Shown in pieces: positions 46,749-55,955 of a DNA stretch of 64,000 nt. The notes beneath the pieces were generated by a model. It ran no database searches. It worked only from the letters and a program-made list of their open reading frames with translations, and had not been told where the DNA came from. Numbering within the stretch: position 1 is the stretch's first letter; every line of letters starts with the position of its first letter. The position numbers and the translations under genes are program-made. Source of the stretch: Firmicutes bacterium UBA5486 (GTDB lineage Bacteria; Bacillota; UBA4882; UBA10575). The DNA lies in NCBI GenBank assembly GCA_002427045.1, contig DIPO01000066.1, positions 6-64,005 on the forward strand, read 5' to 3'.

Positions 46749-47888
46749 TTATATTTGGCCCTTTTTTCTTCTCTTAATAAAATCCCTAATCGCTTCAGCC
46801 GCCCTTTCAGCAGCATGTCCATCAGGTTTATAAAATATCTCTTCCCGCATAGCTTTTCGTTTTTCAGCATATACTTCCGGTGCCGCTAAAGCCCTTTTGA
46901 CTGTAGGCCAAACCTCGCCTTTTCTCTTCACCACAGAACCGCATCTCCAGACCCAAACCTTATCCTTACGTATTGATAGTAACCGTGGATCTAGGAACAC
47001 CAACGGACGGTCAAAACATAAGAACTCGTGAGAAACTGTGGAAATATCAGTGATTAATAAGTCAGACGCTGCCATAATTGGCATAACATCATGATGGAAA
47101 TCAAGTAATTTAATCTGAGGGTTATTTTCGGAAATCCGTTTCACCATTCGATAATTCTTGAGATCATACCGTTTAGTATTAGGATGTAATTTGACAATAA
47201 GATTATATTCCTCCGGAACCTGTGAAAGGACCTCCCGCCCATATCTTGGAAGGCTAGTATTAAACTTTGCATCCTGCCAGGTTGGGGCATAAAGAACCGT
47301 AGGCCAAGCCGGATCCAAGCCTAAACTCTTTACTGCCAAGTCCCGGTTAAACTCCCCTTTAAAAACCCGATCCGCTTTTGGATAGCCAACAATAGCATAT
47401 TTCCCCTCTGTTAGCAAGCCTGCCGCCAACATGGTTTTGTAAGTCCTAACCCCGGGAAGCAAAAGAAAATCATACTTCCGAACCTGAGAACTATAATTAT
47501 AAGTTTTATCAGAAGTCCCATGAAAGACTTGAATATGGGCAGTGTCAAAATCTACATTCAAAAACTCTTTAGTATAATCCGGTTGAATAATCGCCTCCGG
47601 ACGCAGTTCAGATAAACGCCGTTGTAAAGCGGCACGATTTGGATGATATTCTGCAGTTATATCCGAGTATTCTTGTTGTAAAACTTTTATAGAATCCCGG
47701 CCATTAGTAAGAACTATCCCACCAAGAACCCTGGCAATATAAATAAAAGATGGGATCTGATGAATAGAATTATTAACATAATACACAAACATTAATCTTC
47801 CTTCTTCCTTGTAAACCCGCTTTTTTCTATAGAACAATCCTATCCTCTCAATATAATTAAATCGTTTGTTATCTCCTTTCCCGGACAA
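46749..47888 (-). CDS. CDP-glycerol glycerophosphotransferase (TagB/TagF) family protein
   Basis: VLYAPTWQD, KLHPN and ASDLLITDISTVSHEF match the pattern of this family. The likely start is 47792 (MFVYYV), preceded by GAAGGAAG. Confidence 0.65.
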   Translation of the reverse strand: MSGKGDNKRFNYIERIGLFYRKKRVYKEEGRLMFVYYVNNSIHQIPSFIYIARVLGGIVLTNGRDSIKVLQQEYSDITAEYHPNRAALQRRLSELRPEAIIQPDYTKEFLNVDFDTAHIQVFHGTSDKTYNYSSQVRKYDFLLLPGVRTYKTMLAAGLLTEGKYAIVGYPKADRVFKGEFNRDLAVKSLGLDPAWPTVLYAPTWQDAKFNTSLPRYGREVLSQVPEEYNLIVKLHPNTKRYDLKNYRMVKRISENNPQIKLLDFHHDVMPIMAASDLLITDISTVSHEFLCFDRPLVFLDPRLLSIRKDKVWVWRCGSVVKRKGEVWPTVKRALAAPEVYAEKRKAMREEIFYKPDGHAAERAAEAIRDFIKRRKKGQI

Positions 47889-47947
47889 ACTATAAAAGCG
47901 GCTTATTAATTCACAAAATCATTCTCAACAAAGAAAGGGGCAATAAT

Positions 47948-48434
47948 TTGCCAAACCAAGATAACCAAAAACTCTGCCTCATCCTGTTCAGTGGAGATTT
48001 AGATAAAGCTCTCTCCGCCCTAGCTATCGCCTGGGCGGCAGCCGGCCGGGGATATAAAGCCAGTATTTTTTTTTACTTTCTGGGGCCTCTCTCTTCTGCG
48101 AAAAGAAAGAGGAAGAGCCAAAAACCCCTTAGAAAGACTTTTTAAGCTTCTTTTACCGGTCGGGCCAGATAAGCTAAGCCTCTCCAAAATGAACTTTGCT
48201 GGTCTGGGTAGTATTTTAATGAAAAAACTAATCAATTTACGCGGCAGCGAAACGGTCGGAGAAATGCTGGACATGGCAATGAAACGTAAGGTTAATTTCA
48301 TCGCTTGTCAAGGTACTTTAGAGATGCTAGGCATTGAAGAATCAGAATTGATCGAGTATGAACACTTAATCATCGGCGATGTCGATACCTTCCTCAGTAC
48401 AGCAGAAAGCTCCCAAATCCAGCTCTTTATATAA
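47948..48434 (+). pseudogene. DsrE/DsrF-like (COG2210-type) protein gene interrupted by a +1 frameshift in a T9 run
   Basis: Frame A (47948-48145) gives KLCLILFSGDLDKALSALAIAWAAAGRGYKASIFF, then drifts to a stop. Frame B is open from 48024 and gives FFFTFWGLSLLRKERGRAKNPLERLFKLLLPVGPDKLSLSKMNFAGLG...LFI. The frames join at the T9 run at 48066-48074, and T8 would give one continuous ORF. Confidence 0.75.
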
Positions 48435-48497
48435 AACTCGTCGCTCGATAAAATAGCCTCCGCAGCCTTTTTGCTCGCAATTTTAAAAAAATTATAT

Positions 48498-49325
48498 TTA
48501 CTTTAATAACTCTGAAACGTAAGGAGGTAGAATAAAAGCCGTTTTATGAATTTCAGGAGTATAATACTTAGTTTCTAGCTTAAGAAACCTCTCCGCTGGA
48601 ATAACCAGTGGATCCGGCCCTTTAGATGCCAACATCCAGGTCCAGTGCCCACCAATATAGGTAGGAACTACTCCTAGGTACAAGCGGACTAAAGGAAAGG
48701 TATTCTTCAGGTAATTCCATAGTTTAGGGATTAAGCTACGATCCAGCACTGGTGATTCAGTCTGTGCAACCATCACACCCTGCTCTTTTAAGGCTTTAAA
48801 AACCTCCTGGTAAAACTCCCGGGTAAATAAAACCTCACCCGGCCCTATTGGATCAGTAGAATCTATAATTACAACATCAAACTCATTGCGATGCTCTCGG
48901 ACATAAATCGTCCCATCAGTAATCTCTATTTTTACTCTAGGATCAGAAAGCCCTGTAGCAATTGAAGGTAGGTATCTTTTACTAGCAGCAATTACACCTT
49001 CATCAAGTTCTGCTAAGACTACTCTTTTAACGGAATGATGCTTAAGAACCTCACGTACTGTGCCTCCATCCCCTCCACCTACCACCAATACTTGTTCCGG
49101 ATGAGGATGCGTATGCATCGCCACATGAGTAATCATTTCATGGTAAAAAAACTCATCCTTTTCTGTAGTCATAATTACCCCATCTAACAGCAACATCCGT
49201 CCAAACTGACAGGTATCCACTATCGCCAAATCCTGATATTTAGTCCGTTCCTGATAGATAGTATTCTTTATACGACAAGAGATGGCTAGATCTGAGGTTT
49301 GTTTTTCTGTAAACCACAGCTCCAA
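48498..49325 (-). CDS. speE: Spermidine synthase
   Basis: WFTE...LLLDGVIMTTEKDEFFYHEM...VLVVGGGDGGTVREVLKH is the typical SpeE pattern. Confidence 0.93.
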   Translation of the reverse strand: MELWFTEKQTSDLAISCRIKNTIYQERTKYQDLAIVDTCQFGRMLLLDGVIMTTEKDEFFYHEMITHVAMHTHPHPEQVLVVGGGDGGTVREVLKHHSVKRVVLAELDEGVIAASKRYLPSIATGLSDPRVKIEITDGTIYVREHRNEFDVVIIDSTDPIGPGEVLFTREFYQEVFKALKEQGVMVAQTESPVLDRSLIPKLWNYLKNTFPLVRLYLGVVPTYIGGHWTWMLASKGPDPLVIPAERFLKLETKYYTPEIHKTAFILPPYVSELLK

Positions 49326-49433
49326 TTGTAATTCACCTCTCTTTTCTGAAAAGATTGTCTTTTAGATTATACCAGAGTCCTAAAAAAAAATAAACCTGCT
49401 TTCAAGAATAGTCAAATAAATAGCCTTTACCTC

Positions 49434-49462
49434 TTGACCTAAAAGAAAAAAATGGTTAAAAT
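49434..49462 (+). promoter_or_regulatory. Putative sigma-70 promoter (TTGACC, 17-nt spacer, TAAAAT)
   Basis: The -35 element is at 49434-49439 and the -10 element at 49457-49462, with an exact 17-nt spacer. The promoter encloses the first ATG of the ORF-track CDS. Confidence 0.4.
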
Positions 49463-50771
49463 TTCTATTATTGGTTATAATCAAAATATCATTAGCGAGT
49501 GGGAGGAGATAGAAATAAAATACCAAGGTAAAAATCTTAGTGATTTCGCTGATTTTCCCGATCCTAATATTTTGGCCAAAACCTACCCATTTTACGAATT
49601 TATGGAGGAGATGGCAGAACAGGAATTTCATCATTGGTCACGTATATTATCCAGTCCTTCAGAACACCGGGTAAAAATTTTAGACCGTTATACTAACGAG
49701 GCCCGTGAAATGATCATGATGGCCTCCAACAATTATCTTGGCCTTACCACTCACCCGGCAGTAGTAGAAGCCTCCAAAAAAGCATTAGAAAAGTTTGGAG
49801 CAGGAGCCGGAAGTGTTCCTTTGCTGGGTGGAACATTAGAGCTTCATAAAGAGCTGGAAAATAAATTAGCTAAAATGAAAGGCTGTGAAGATGCAATTAT
49901 CTTCACTTCCGGCTATTCCTCAAATGTTGGTTGTGTCTCGGCTTTAGTACGCAAAGATGATGTAGCGATCAATGATCGTCTGAACCACGCAAGCATTATC
50001 GATGGTTGCCGTTTATCCGGCGGTACTTTTCGTACCTTTAAACACAATGATTTAGATAGCCTGGAAAATGTTTTACAAACTTCAGAAGAACGAGGTTTTA
50101 ATGGAAAATTAATTATTGTCGACGGTGTTTTCAGTATGGATGGAGACATCTCTAATCTGCCCAGAATTAAAGGAATAGCAAACCAATATGGGGCTAAAAT
50201 TATGATCGATGAAGCTCATGCTACCGGAGTAATCGGAGAAAATGGAAGAGGTACTCCAGAACACTTTATGATGGAAGGAGAGATCGATATTGTTGCCGGC
50301 ACCTTAAGTAAAGCCCTTGGAATAGTCGGCGGCTTTGTCGCATCTTCTAAAGAAGTTATAAATTACCTCCGTTTCTATGCCCGTTCTCATATGTTTTCTA
50401 CAGCACTTCCCCCCGCTTCAGCCGGAGCATTAATCGCTGGTATTGATGTTATTGATAATGAACCAGATTTAAGGGCTAAACTATGGTATAACATTAATTA
50501 CATGATCTCTAACCTTAAACGGATGGGTTTTAACTTAGGGAATGCCGAAACAGCAATTATTCCCATTATCGTAGGTGATGAAGAAAAATTAAAGTTAATT
50601 AGTAGAGAAGTCCATCAAGCAGGAATCTTTGTTAATCCTGTTTATTATCCTGCTGTTCCAAAAAAACTATCCCGTTTACGCCTCTCTTTAATGGCCACCC
50701 ATACCCAGGAGGATTTAGATGATACCCTTGAGGTCATGGAGAAAGCCGGGAAAAAATACGGTTTAATTTAA
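49452..50771 (+). CDS. PLP-dependent alpha-oxoamine synthase family acyltransferase (Kbl/BioF-like)
   Basis: The motifs are SNNYLGL, IMIDEAHATG and the PLP-lysine motif GTLSKALG. The start is uncertain. ATG codons at 49602 and 49611 would give a family-typical length of about 386-389 aa. Confidence 0.85.
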   Translation: MVKISIIGYNQNIISEWEEIEIKYQGKNLSDFADFPDPNILAKTYPFYEFMEEMAEQEFHHWSRILSSPSEHRVKILDRYTNEAREMIMMASNNYLGLTTHPAVVEASKKALEKFGAGAGSVPLLGGTLELHKELENKLAKMKGCEDAIIFTSGYSSNVGCVSALVRKDDVAINDRLNHASIIDGCRLSGGTFRTFKHNDLDSLENVLQTSEERGFNGKLIIVDGVFSMDGDISNLPRIKGIANQYGAKIMIDEAHATGVIGENGRGTPEHFMMEGEIDIVAGTLSKALGIVGGFVASSKEVINYLRFYARSHMFSTALPPASAGALIAGIDVIDNEPDLRAKLWYNINYMISNLKRMGFNLGNAETAIIPIIVGDEEKLKLISREVHQAGIFVNPVYYPAVPKKLSRLRLSLMATHTQEDLDDTLEVMEKAGKKYGLI

Positions 50772-50816
50772 AAAAAGAGGCTATCTCTGAACCTAACAGA
50801 GACAGCCTCTTTTTTT
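50771..50816. terminator. Bidirectional Rho-independent terminator between convergent genes
   Basis: The sequence is AAAAAAGAGGCTATCTCTG-aacctaa-CAGAGACAGCCTCTTTTTTT. Confidence 0.8.
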
Positions 50817-50832
50817 AGTCATAATCTTAACT

Positions 50833-51654
50833 TTACCGCTTTACCTTCCTTTGCAACCGATGGAAAGCATCAATAAAATGCGGAATCGCCAAAGAAGGTT
50901 CTTCTAATTCTGGTTCCCAAGCTTTTACCCATTCCAGAGATAACCATCCCTGATACTCCTCCTGTAATATCATAAGGAGTTCGGTTAAAGGTAAGTCTCC
51001 CTCCCCAAAAAGCCGGTAACGGATTTTACCATCTTCCACAACTGAATCTTTAAGATGAAGGTATTTAATGTGTTCTTTTAAAATCCCCCAAGTTTCCTGG
51101 AAGCTTTCTTTTCCAAAACGATATGTATGATGACAATCCCATAAAACACCTACTGCCGGGTGAGAAACCTCCTCTAATAACCGGGAAAGCCTCCTTGAAT
51201 CAGTATAAGCACCATTCGTTTCAATTAAAACATATACCCGGTGGTCAATTGCACAATCCCCCAGTTCCACCAACGCATCTCGGACTAATTGATCCTGTAC
51301 TTCAACCCCAGGCTCTGGGTGAATATCACCAAGCACCCTCACATATTTAACACCTAAGGCCGCAGCCAGCTTAATGTAAGCAATGGCTTCCTTAATATAT
51401 CCTTCCCGTTTCTCTTGGTCTTCAATCTGAAGAAGAGAACCCGTAGTTAAAGAAGAGATTTGTATCCGTAATTTCTCCAGATGTTTTTTTGTTAGTTCCA
51501 GATTCTCCGCAGAGAACAGAGGTGAGTCTGGTAAAAAATATTCGCGATTTAAACCCCTTAATTCTATACCATCATACCCTAAATCAACTGCAGTTGCTTG
51601 AATTTCTCCCCAAGTCCAATCCGGACATGCCAAAGTCGAAAAGGCCAGTTTCAT
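50833..51654 (-). CDS. Sugar phosphate isomerase/epimerase (xylose isomerase-like TIM barrel)
   Basis: The protein is 273 aa. KLAFSTLACPDW...GYDGIELR...ETNG...WDCHH shows the family's metal-ligand pattern. Confidence 0.75.
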   Translation of the reverse strand: MKLAFSTLACPDWTWGEIQATAVDLGYDGIELRGLNREYFLPDSPLFSAENLELTKKHLEKLRIQISSLTTGSLLQIEDQEKREGYIKEAIAYIKLAAALGVKYVRVLGDIHPEPGVEVQDQLVRDALVELGDCAIDHRVYVLIETNGAYTDSRRLSRLLEEVSHPAVGVLWDCHHTYRFGKESFQETWGILKEHIKYLHLKDSVVEDGKIRYRLFGEGDLPLTELLMILQEEYQGWLSLEWVKAWEPELEEPSLAIPHFIDAFHRLQRKVKR

Positions 51655-51776
51655 CTGGTTCCCTCCAGTATTTCATTATTTTGCAAATCTATACGTAATA
51701 TATATTTTATAGGTTTCCAGATGAAGATGCAAGATAGTTCCGGTAATTTCCTTTTTTCGTAAAGCAATTAAATACT

Positions 51777-51803
51777 AAAGAGACAGCTGGCGGCTGTCTC
51801 TTT
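51777..51803. terminator. Stem-loop AAAGAGACAGC/GCTGTCTCTTT (possible terminator)
   Basis: The stem is 11 bp with a 5-nt loop. The flanking T-run is weak on both strands. Confidence 0.4.
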
Positions 51804-51984
51804 AAAGAAATCATTAATTAAGTATCTTCTGGAAGAACTAATTGCGTTGCCTCCAAGAAACTATCATAGTATAAAATTCTTTGGGCTAATCGCGTAACCT
51901 TATTTTTAACGATCATGCCCATTATTTGATAGTCTTTCTGTAACAACAGACTATTTTCTGTCCTAAAACAACAACGCACTTAGC

Positions 51985-52320
51985 CTAGTAGTATTGATCT
52001 AGATTATTTAGGTTTAAATTAGGGTTTGGATTAGTAGTCTGTTTTTGCTGTGGTTGCTGTGATGTCATTCCAGCACGAAACCCAGCTTGAACATTGGCTA
52101 CTGCCTGCTGAGAAAGTGTTTGCTCTGCTGCTTGAATCATTCTTTTTACCATATTACCTCCAACAGCACCACAATCCCGAGCCGTCATATAACCCCAGTA
52201 ATCACCCTGAATCGGAGAAGTATCAATATTTAATTCCTTGGAAATCTCATACTTCATCTGATCAAGTGCTTTTTTAGCCTGGGCGTAGACGAGCCGATTA
52301 GATTTTTGTCCGGCAGCCAT
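51985..52320 (-). CDS. Alpha/beta-type small acid-soluble spore protein with an extended Q/N/P-rich C-terminus
   Basis: KYEISKELNI...MTARDCGAVGGNMVKRMIQAAEQ is the alpha/beta SASP signature. GGAGG precedes the ATG. Confidence 0.88.
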   Translation of the reverse strand: MAAGQKSNRLVYAQAKKALDQMKYEISKELNIDTSPIQGDYWGYMTARDCGAVGGNMVKRMIQAAEQTLSQQAVANVQAGFRAGMTSQQPQQKQTTNPNPNLNLNNLDQYY

Positions 52321-52528
52321 ATTAATGATCCTCCTTTCTAATGATCTATTTGTAATTTGCCCAGCTAAACTCAGTATAAACCATAAAATCGTTGGTAATT
52401 CCGGTGCAAGATACCGTTTTTACCAATGAGTCTATACGATATTACCAATTTCAGCCGGAATAGAAAATTTCTTAACAACACCTAAAGCCTAAACATAAAA
52501 TATTTGGAAAAAGGTATCTGGAGGGAAA

Positions 52529-53941
52529 TTGATGGGAAAAAAATGGCATGAAGCACTAAGGCAAGAAATCGTAGGTATTGATCTGGAAGTTCCCATTCTC
52601 AATGAAACCCGCTCAAAGTATATAAATCTGGATAATGCTGCTACTACACCACCACTTGTCTCAGTTATAAAATCAGTTGAAACTTTTCTTCCTTGGTATT
52701 CCAGTGTCCACCGCGGATATGGCTATAAATCTCAACTTTCTACCGAAATCTATAAAACCTCCCGCCAACTGGTTCTCGATTTTTTTGCCGCCGATCCTAC
52801 TAAATATACTGCGATTTTTGTAAAAAACACTAGTGAAGGATTGAATAAACTTTCCTACCGTTTACCGAGCAAAGGATATGAAGTCCTTTCTAGCTGGATG
52901 GAGCATCACTCCAATGATTTACCATGGCGGTTTAGACAGAAAACTAATTTTATTGAATTAACCTCTGATGGTCTTCTAGACCTGACGGACTTAGAGCGCA
53001 AATTAAAAAATAACAACCGGATAAAACTGGTAACAATCTGCGGTGCTTCAAATGTAACCGGAGTAATCAATCCGATTAATACCATTGCTGAACTTGCTCA
53101 TTATTATGGGGCAGAAATTCTGGTAGATGCAGCTCAATTAGCTCCTCATCGCCCACTCAAAATTTCCTTCCCTAACCAGGAAAAACTTGATTATTTAGTG
53201 CTCTCTGCTCATAAAATGTATGCTCCTTTCGGCTCTGGAGTAATCATCGGTCCCATAGAATCCTTTTTCACAGGCACCCCTAATGAAGTTGGAGGCGGTA
53301 TGGTACTGGCTGTTTCCCGGGAACAAGTAGTTTTTTCCCCGCCGCCGGAGCGCGAGGAAGTTGGCACCCCTAATCTGGTCGGAGTTTTTGCTCTGGCCAC
53401 CGCTTTACAGTGGCTTAATAAAAACAACTTTTCCCAACTGGTAAAATATGAAGAACTCCTTACGAAATACGCTTTTTCCCGCCTGCAAACAATTCCCGGG
53501 ATTATTCTTTATGGCCCCTCTCCGGAACTTTATCCGCGAGTTGGAGTGATTAGCTTTAATCTCCAAGAGATACCTCATGGTCTGGTTGCTGCTTATTTAT
53601 CCTTTGAAGCGGGGATCGGCGTACGGCACGGATGTTTCTGTACCCGTCCCTATGTACATCATTTATTAGGATTAACCAATCCAGAAATAAGTTATTATGA
53701 AAGTCTAGCTAAAAAAGGAGTTAAATGTAATCTACCCGGAATGGTCCGTATTAGTTTCGGTTTTTACAATACTCCGGAAGAGATTGATATCTTGGTAGAT
53801 TCTTTAATAGAACTAAGGATAAACGAAGTGGAAATAAAAAACCGGTATCGGATTGATCCGAATACCGGCGAATATGTACCAAAAACAAAGAGTTTTAGTT
53901 TAATAATCGATCAGCATGTTAAAAGTTTATTTGAAGATTAA
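52529..53941 (+). CDS. Class V aminotransferase / cysteine desulfurase-like PLP enzyme
   Basis: The motifs are LDNAATTP, the PLP lysine in LVLSAHKMYAPFGSG, and GTPN. The likely start is the ATG at 52532, after GGAGGG. Confidence 0.8.
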   Translation: MMGKKWHEALRQEIVGIDLEVPILNETRSKYINLDNAATTPPLVSVIKSVETFLPWYSSVHRGYGYKSQLSTEIYKTSRQLVLDFFAADPTKYTAIFVKNTSEGLNKLSYRLPSKGYEVLSSWMEHHSNDLPWRFRQKTNFIELTSDGLLDLTDLERKLKNNNRIKLVTICGASNVTGVINPINTIAELAHYYGAEILVDAAQLAPHRPLKISFPNQEKLDYLVLSAHKMYAPFGSGVIIGPIESFFTGTPNEVGGGMVLAVSREQVVFSPPPEREEVGTPNLVGVFALATALQWLNKNNFSQLVKYEELLTKYAFSRLQTIPGIILYGPSPELYPRVGVISFNLQEIPHGLVAAYLSFEAGIGVRHGCFCTRPYVHHLLGLTNPEISYYESLAKKGVKCNLPGMVRISFGFYNTPEEIDILVDSLIELRINEVEIKNRYRIDPNTGEYVPKTKSFSLIIDQHVKSLFED

Positions 53942-54474
53942 TCTTTTTCTTTGGAAAAAATTGCTCTCCATTTTATTAGATAATCCAATCCTGAGAAGAC
54001 AGTAAAGAAAACAGCCGCATAAAGCATATATTCTGCACCAGGTACAGACAGAATAATCATTATAATTGCCACAATCTGAGTAAAAGTCTTAATTTTTCCC
54101 CAAATGCCAGCTCCTACAGAGATTCCTTTTTTACTGGCTACTGACCGTAAGATAGTAATAAGGATTTCCCTTCCCAAAATTATAAAGACTGCCCAACAAC
54201 TTACTTCTCCTAATATACAAAGACTAATCAAAGCAGCACTAATTAAAATTTTATCTGCTAATGGATCAAATGACTTCCCAAAATTTGTAGATTCATTCCG
54301 AGCCCGGGCCACATAACCATCAAGCCCGTCTGTTAATGCTGCTAAAATAAAGATACCAGCCGCAAACCATTGTTGATGGGGAAAAGGCTTAAAAAGAAAA
54401 AAAACAAGAACCGGTGTTAATATTATACGAAGAAGAGTAAGAAAATCAGCTACTTTCATAATTATCACCATCAA
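53938..54474 (-). CDS. pgsA: CDP-diacylglycerol--glycerol-3-phosphate 3-phosphatidyltransferase
   Basis: The protein carries the CDP-alcohol phosphatidyltransferase motif DGLDGYVARARNESTNFGKSFDPLADK. The likely start is 54459. Confidence 0.88.
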   Translation of the reverse strand: MMVIIMKVADFLTLLRIILTPVLVFFLFKPFPHQQWFAAGIFILAALTDGLDGYVARARNESTNFGKSFDPLADKILISAALISLCILGEVSCWAVFIILGREILITILRSVASKKGISVGAGIWGKIKTFTQIVAIIMIILSVPGAEYMLYAAVFFTVFSGLDYLIKWRAIFSKEKD

Positions 54475-54479
54475 TTATA

Positions 54480-55874
54480 TTAATAAGACCTGTTACTATG
54501 TTCGACATCAGGAAAAGATTCTCCTTTACTAAACGGTCTTTTAATTTTCCCATAAATTTGATAGGCCTCTGCGCCTGTAATCTCAACAATTACAAAACTA
54601 CCGGGTTTTAACTCAATCTTATTATCTTCTGGTTCTTCCAACTTAAATACTCCATCAATCTCTGGAGCTTCCCGGTAAGAACGGCCTGTCCATCCCGAAT
54701 TTACTAACTGCTCTTCCAGCATTACTACAATTTCCTCACCAATTAATTCCTTGTTTTTTTCGGAAGAAATTGCTTGCTGTTTTTCGAGAACCTCCCTGGC
54801 CCGCCTTTTTTTGGTTGCATGATGAACTTGAGAATGAAGTTTAGCCGCCGGCGTCCCTTCTTCCCGAAAATAGGGAAATACTCCAACCCAATCCAGCCGG
54901 TACTCTTCTAAAAAAGATAAAACTTCCCTGAATTCTTCCTCTGTTTCTCCCGGATAACCTAGGATAAACGTGGTCCTAATTGCCATATCAGGAACGAGCT
55001 TTTTAATCCGCTCCAACATTTGCTTAATCTCCCCTACCGCAGTCCTCCGCCCCATCCTCTGTAGCACCTTCGGACTAACATGCTGAAGGGGTATGTCCAA
55101 ATAATGGCAGATATGTTTTGAATCTTTAATCACTTTTAATAATTGGTCCGTTATTCTTGAAGGGTAAGTATAAAGAATCCTTAACCAAAATTCTCCCTCC
55201 AGCTTGTCCAGACTGGAAAGCAGCTGAGCAAGGTTGTTTTCTCCGGGTAAATCCTGGCCATAAGCAGTAGTATCTTGTGCCACCAGAGTTATCTCTTTTA
55301 CACCTTTAGCCAGAAGAGCTTTTACTTCTTTTAGAATTGTTTCCGGCTTCCTACTCCGATACCGCCCTTTTAATTGGGGGATAATACAATACAGACAACG
55401 ATTATCACACCCTTCAGCTATTTTAACATACGCTCGGTAAGGCGGAGTAGAAATTGGCTTGTTTTCAAACTCGGGAGGAAGCCAACCTGCCGGTGCTTGC
55501 AAATACATTTTTTCCGTATTTTCCTCTTTTAGTTTAGACTTAATCAGTTCTGGAAGGCGTGAATATTCGCCTGTCCCCAGCCACAAATCAACTTCGGGAA
55601 TCTCTGCTACCAGCTCCTGCCCATATCTTTGGGGAAAGCAGCCCACTACAACTAAAAGTTTGCAATTTCCCTGTTTAAACTGGGCGAATTCCAAAATTGT
55701 ATCAATCGATTCTTGAGTAGCAGTTTGAATAAAAGAGCAGGTATTGATTACCAGTATATCTGCAGATCCAGGATCAGAGGTATAAGCATATCCTTCCTCA
55801 CCCATCATTCCAATCAAATATTCAGTATCCACTTGATTTTTAGGACAGCCCAATGAAATCCAGCCAATCTTCAT
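54480..55874 (-). CDS. rimO: Ribosomal protein S12 methylthiotransferase
   Basis: The N-terminus reads IGWISLGCPKNQVDTE. The radical-SAM motif is CDNRCLYC, and a C-terminal TRAM domain is present. Confidence 0.88.
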   Translation of the reverse strand: MKIGWISLGCPKNQVDTEYLIGMMGEEGYAYTSDPGSADILVINTCSFIQTATQESIDTILEFAQFKQGNCKLLVVVGCFPQRYGQELVAEIPEVDLWLGTGEYSRLPELIKSKLKEENTEKMYLQAPAGWLPPEFENKPISTPPYRAYVKIAEGCDNRCLYCIIPQLKGRYRSRKPETILKEVKALLAKGVKEITLVAQDTTAYGQDLPGENNLAQLLSSLDKLEGEFWLRILYTYPSRITDQLLKVIKDSKHICHYLDIPLQHVSPKVLQRMGRRTAVGEIKQMLERIKKLVPDMAIRTTFILGYPGETEEEFREVLSFLEEYRLDWVGVFPYFREEGTPAAKLHSQVHHATKKRRAREVLEKQQAISSEKNKELIGEEIVVMLEEQLVNSGWTGRSYREAPEIDGVFKLEEPEDNKIELKPGSFVIVEITGAEAYQIYGKIKRPFSKGESFPDVEHSNRSY

Positions 55875-55955
55875 TAAATATCACTCCGCTTTATGCGATA
55901 TATTTTCTTTATTTAAGGCATTCAATAATTCAAAATACTTCTCTGTAGCAAAAAG

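Noticed and set aside
48020-48301. A minus-strand 93-aa ORF
   Set aside because: It is antisense to the DsrE-like gene, whose two halves have clear family similarity.
49380-49634. A minus-strand 84-aa ORF
   Set aside because: It spans the promoter and 5' end of the Kbl/BioF-like gene, and it is AT-rich and low-complexity.
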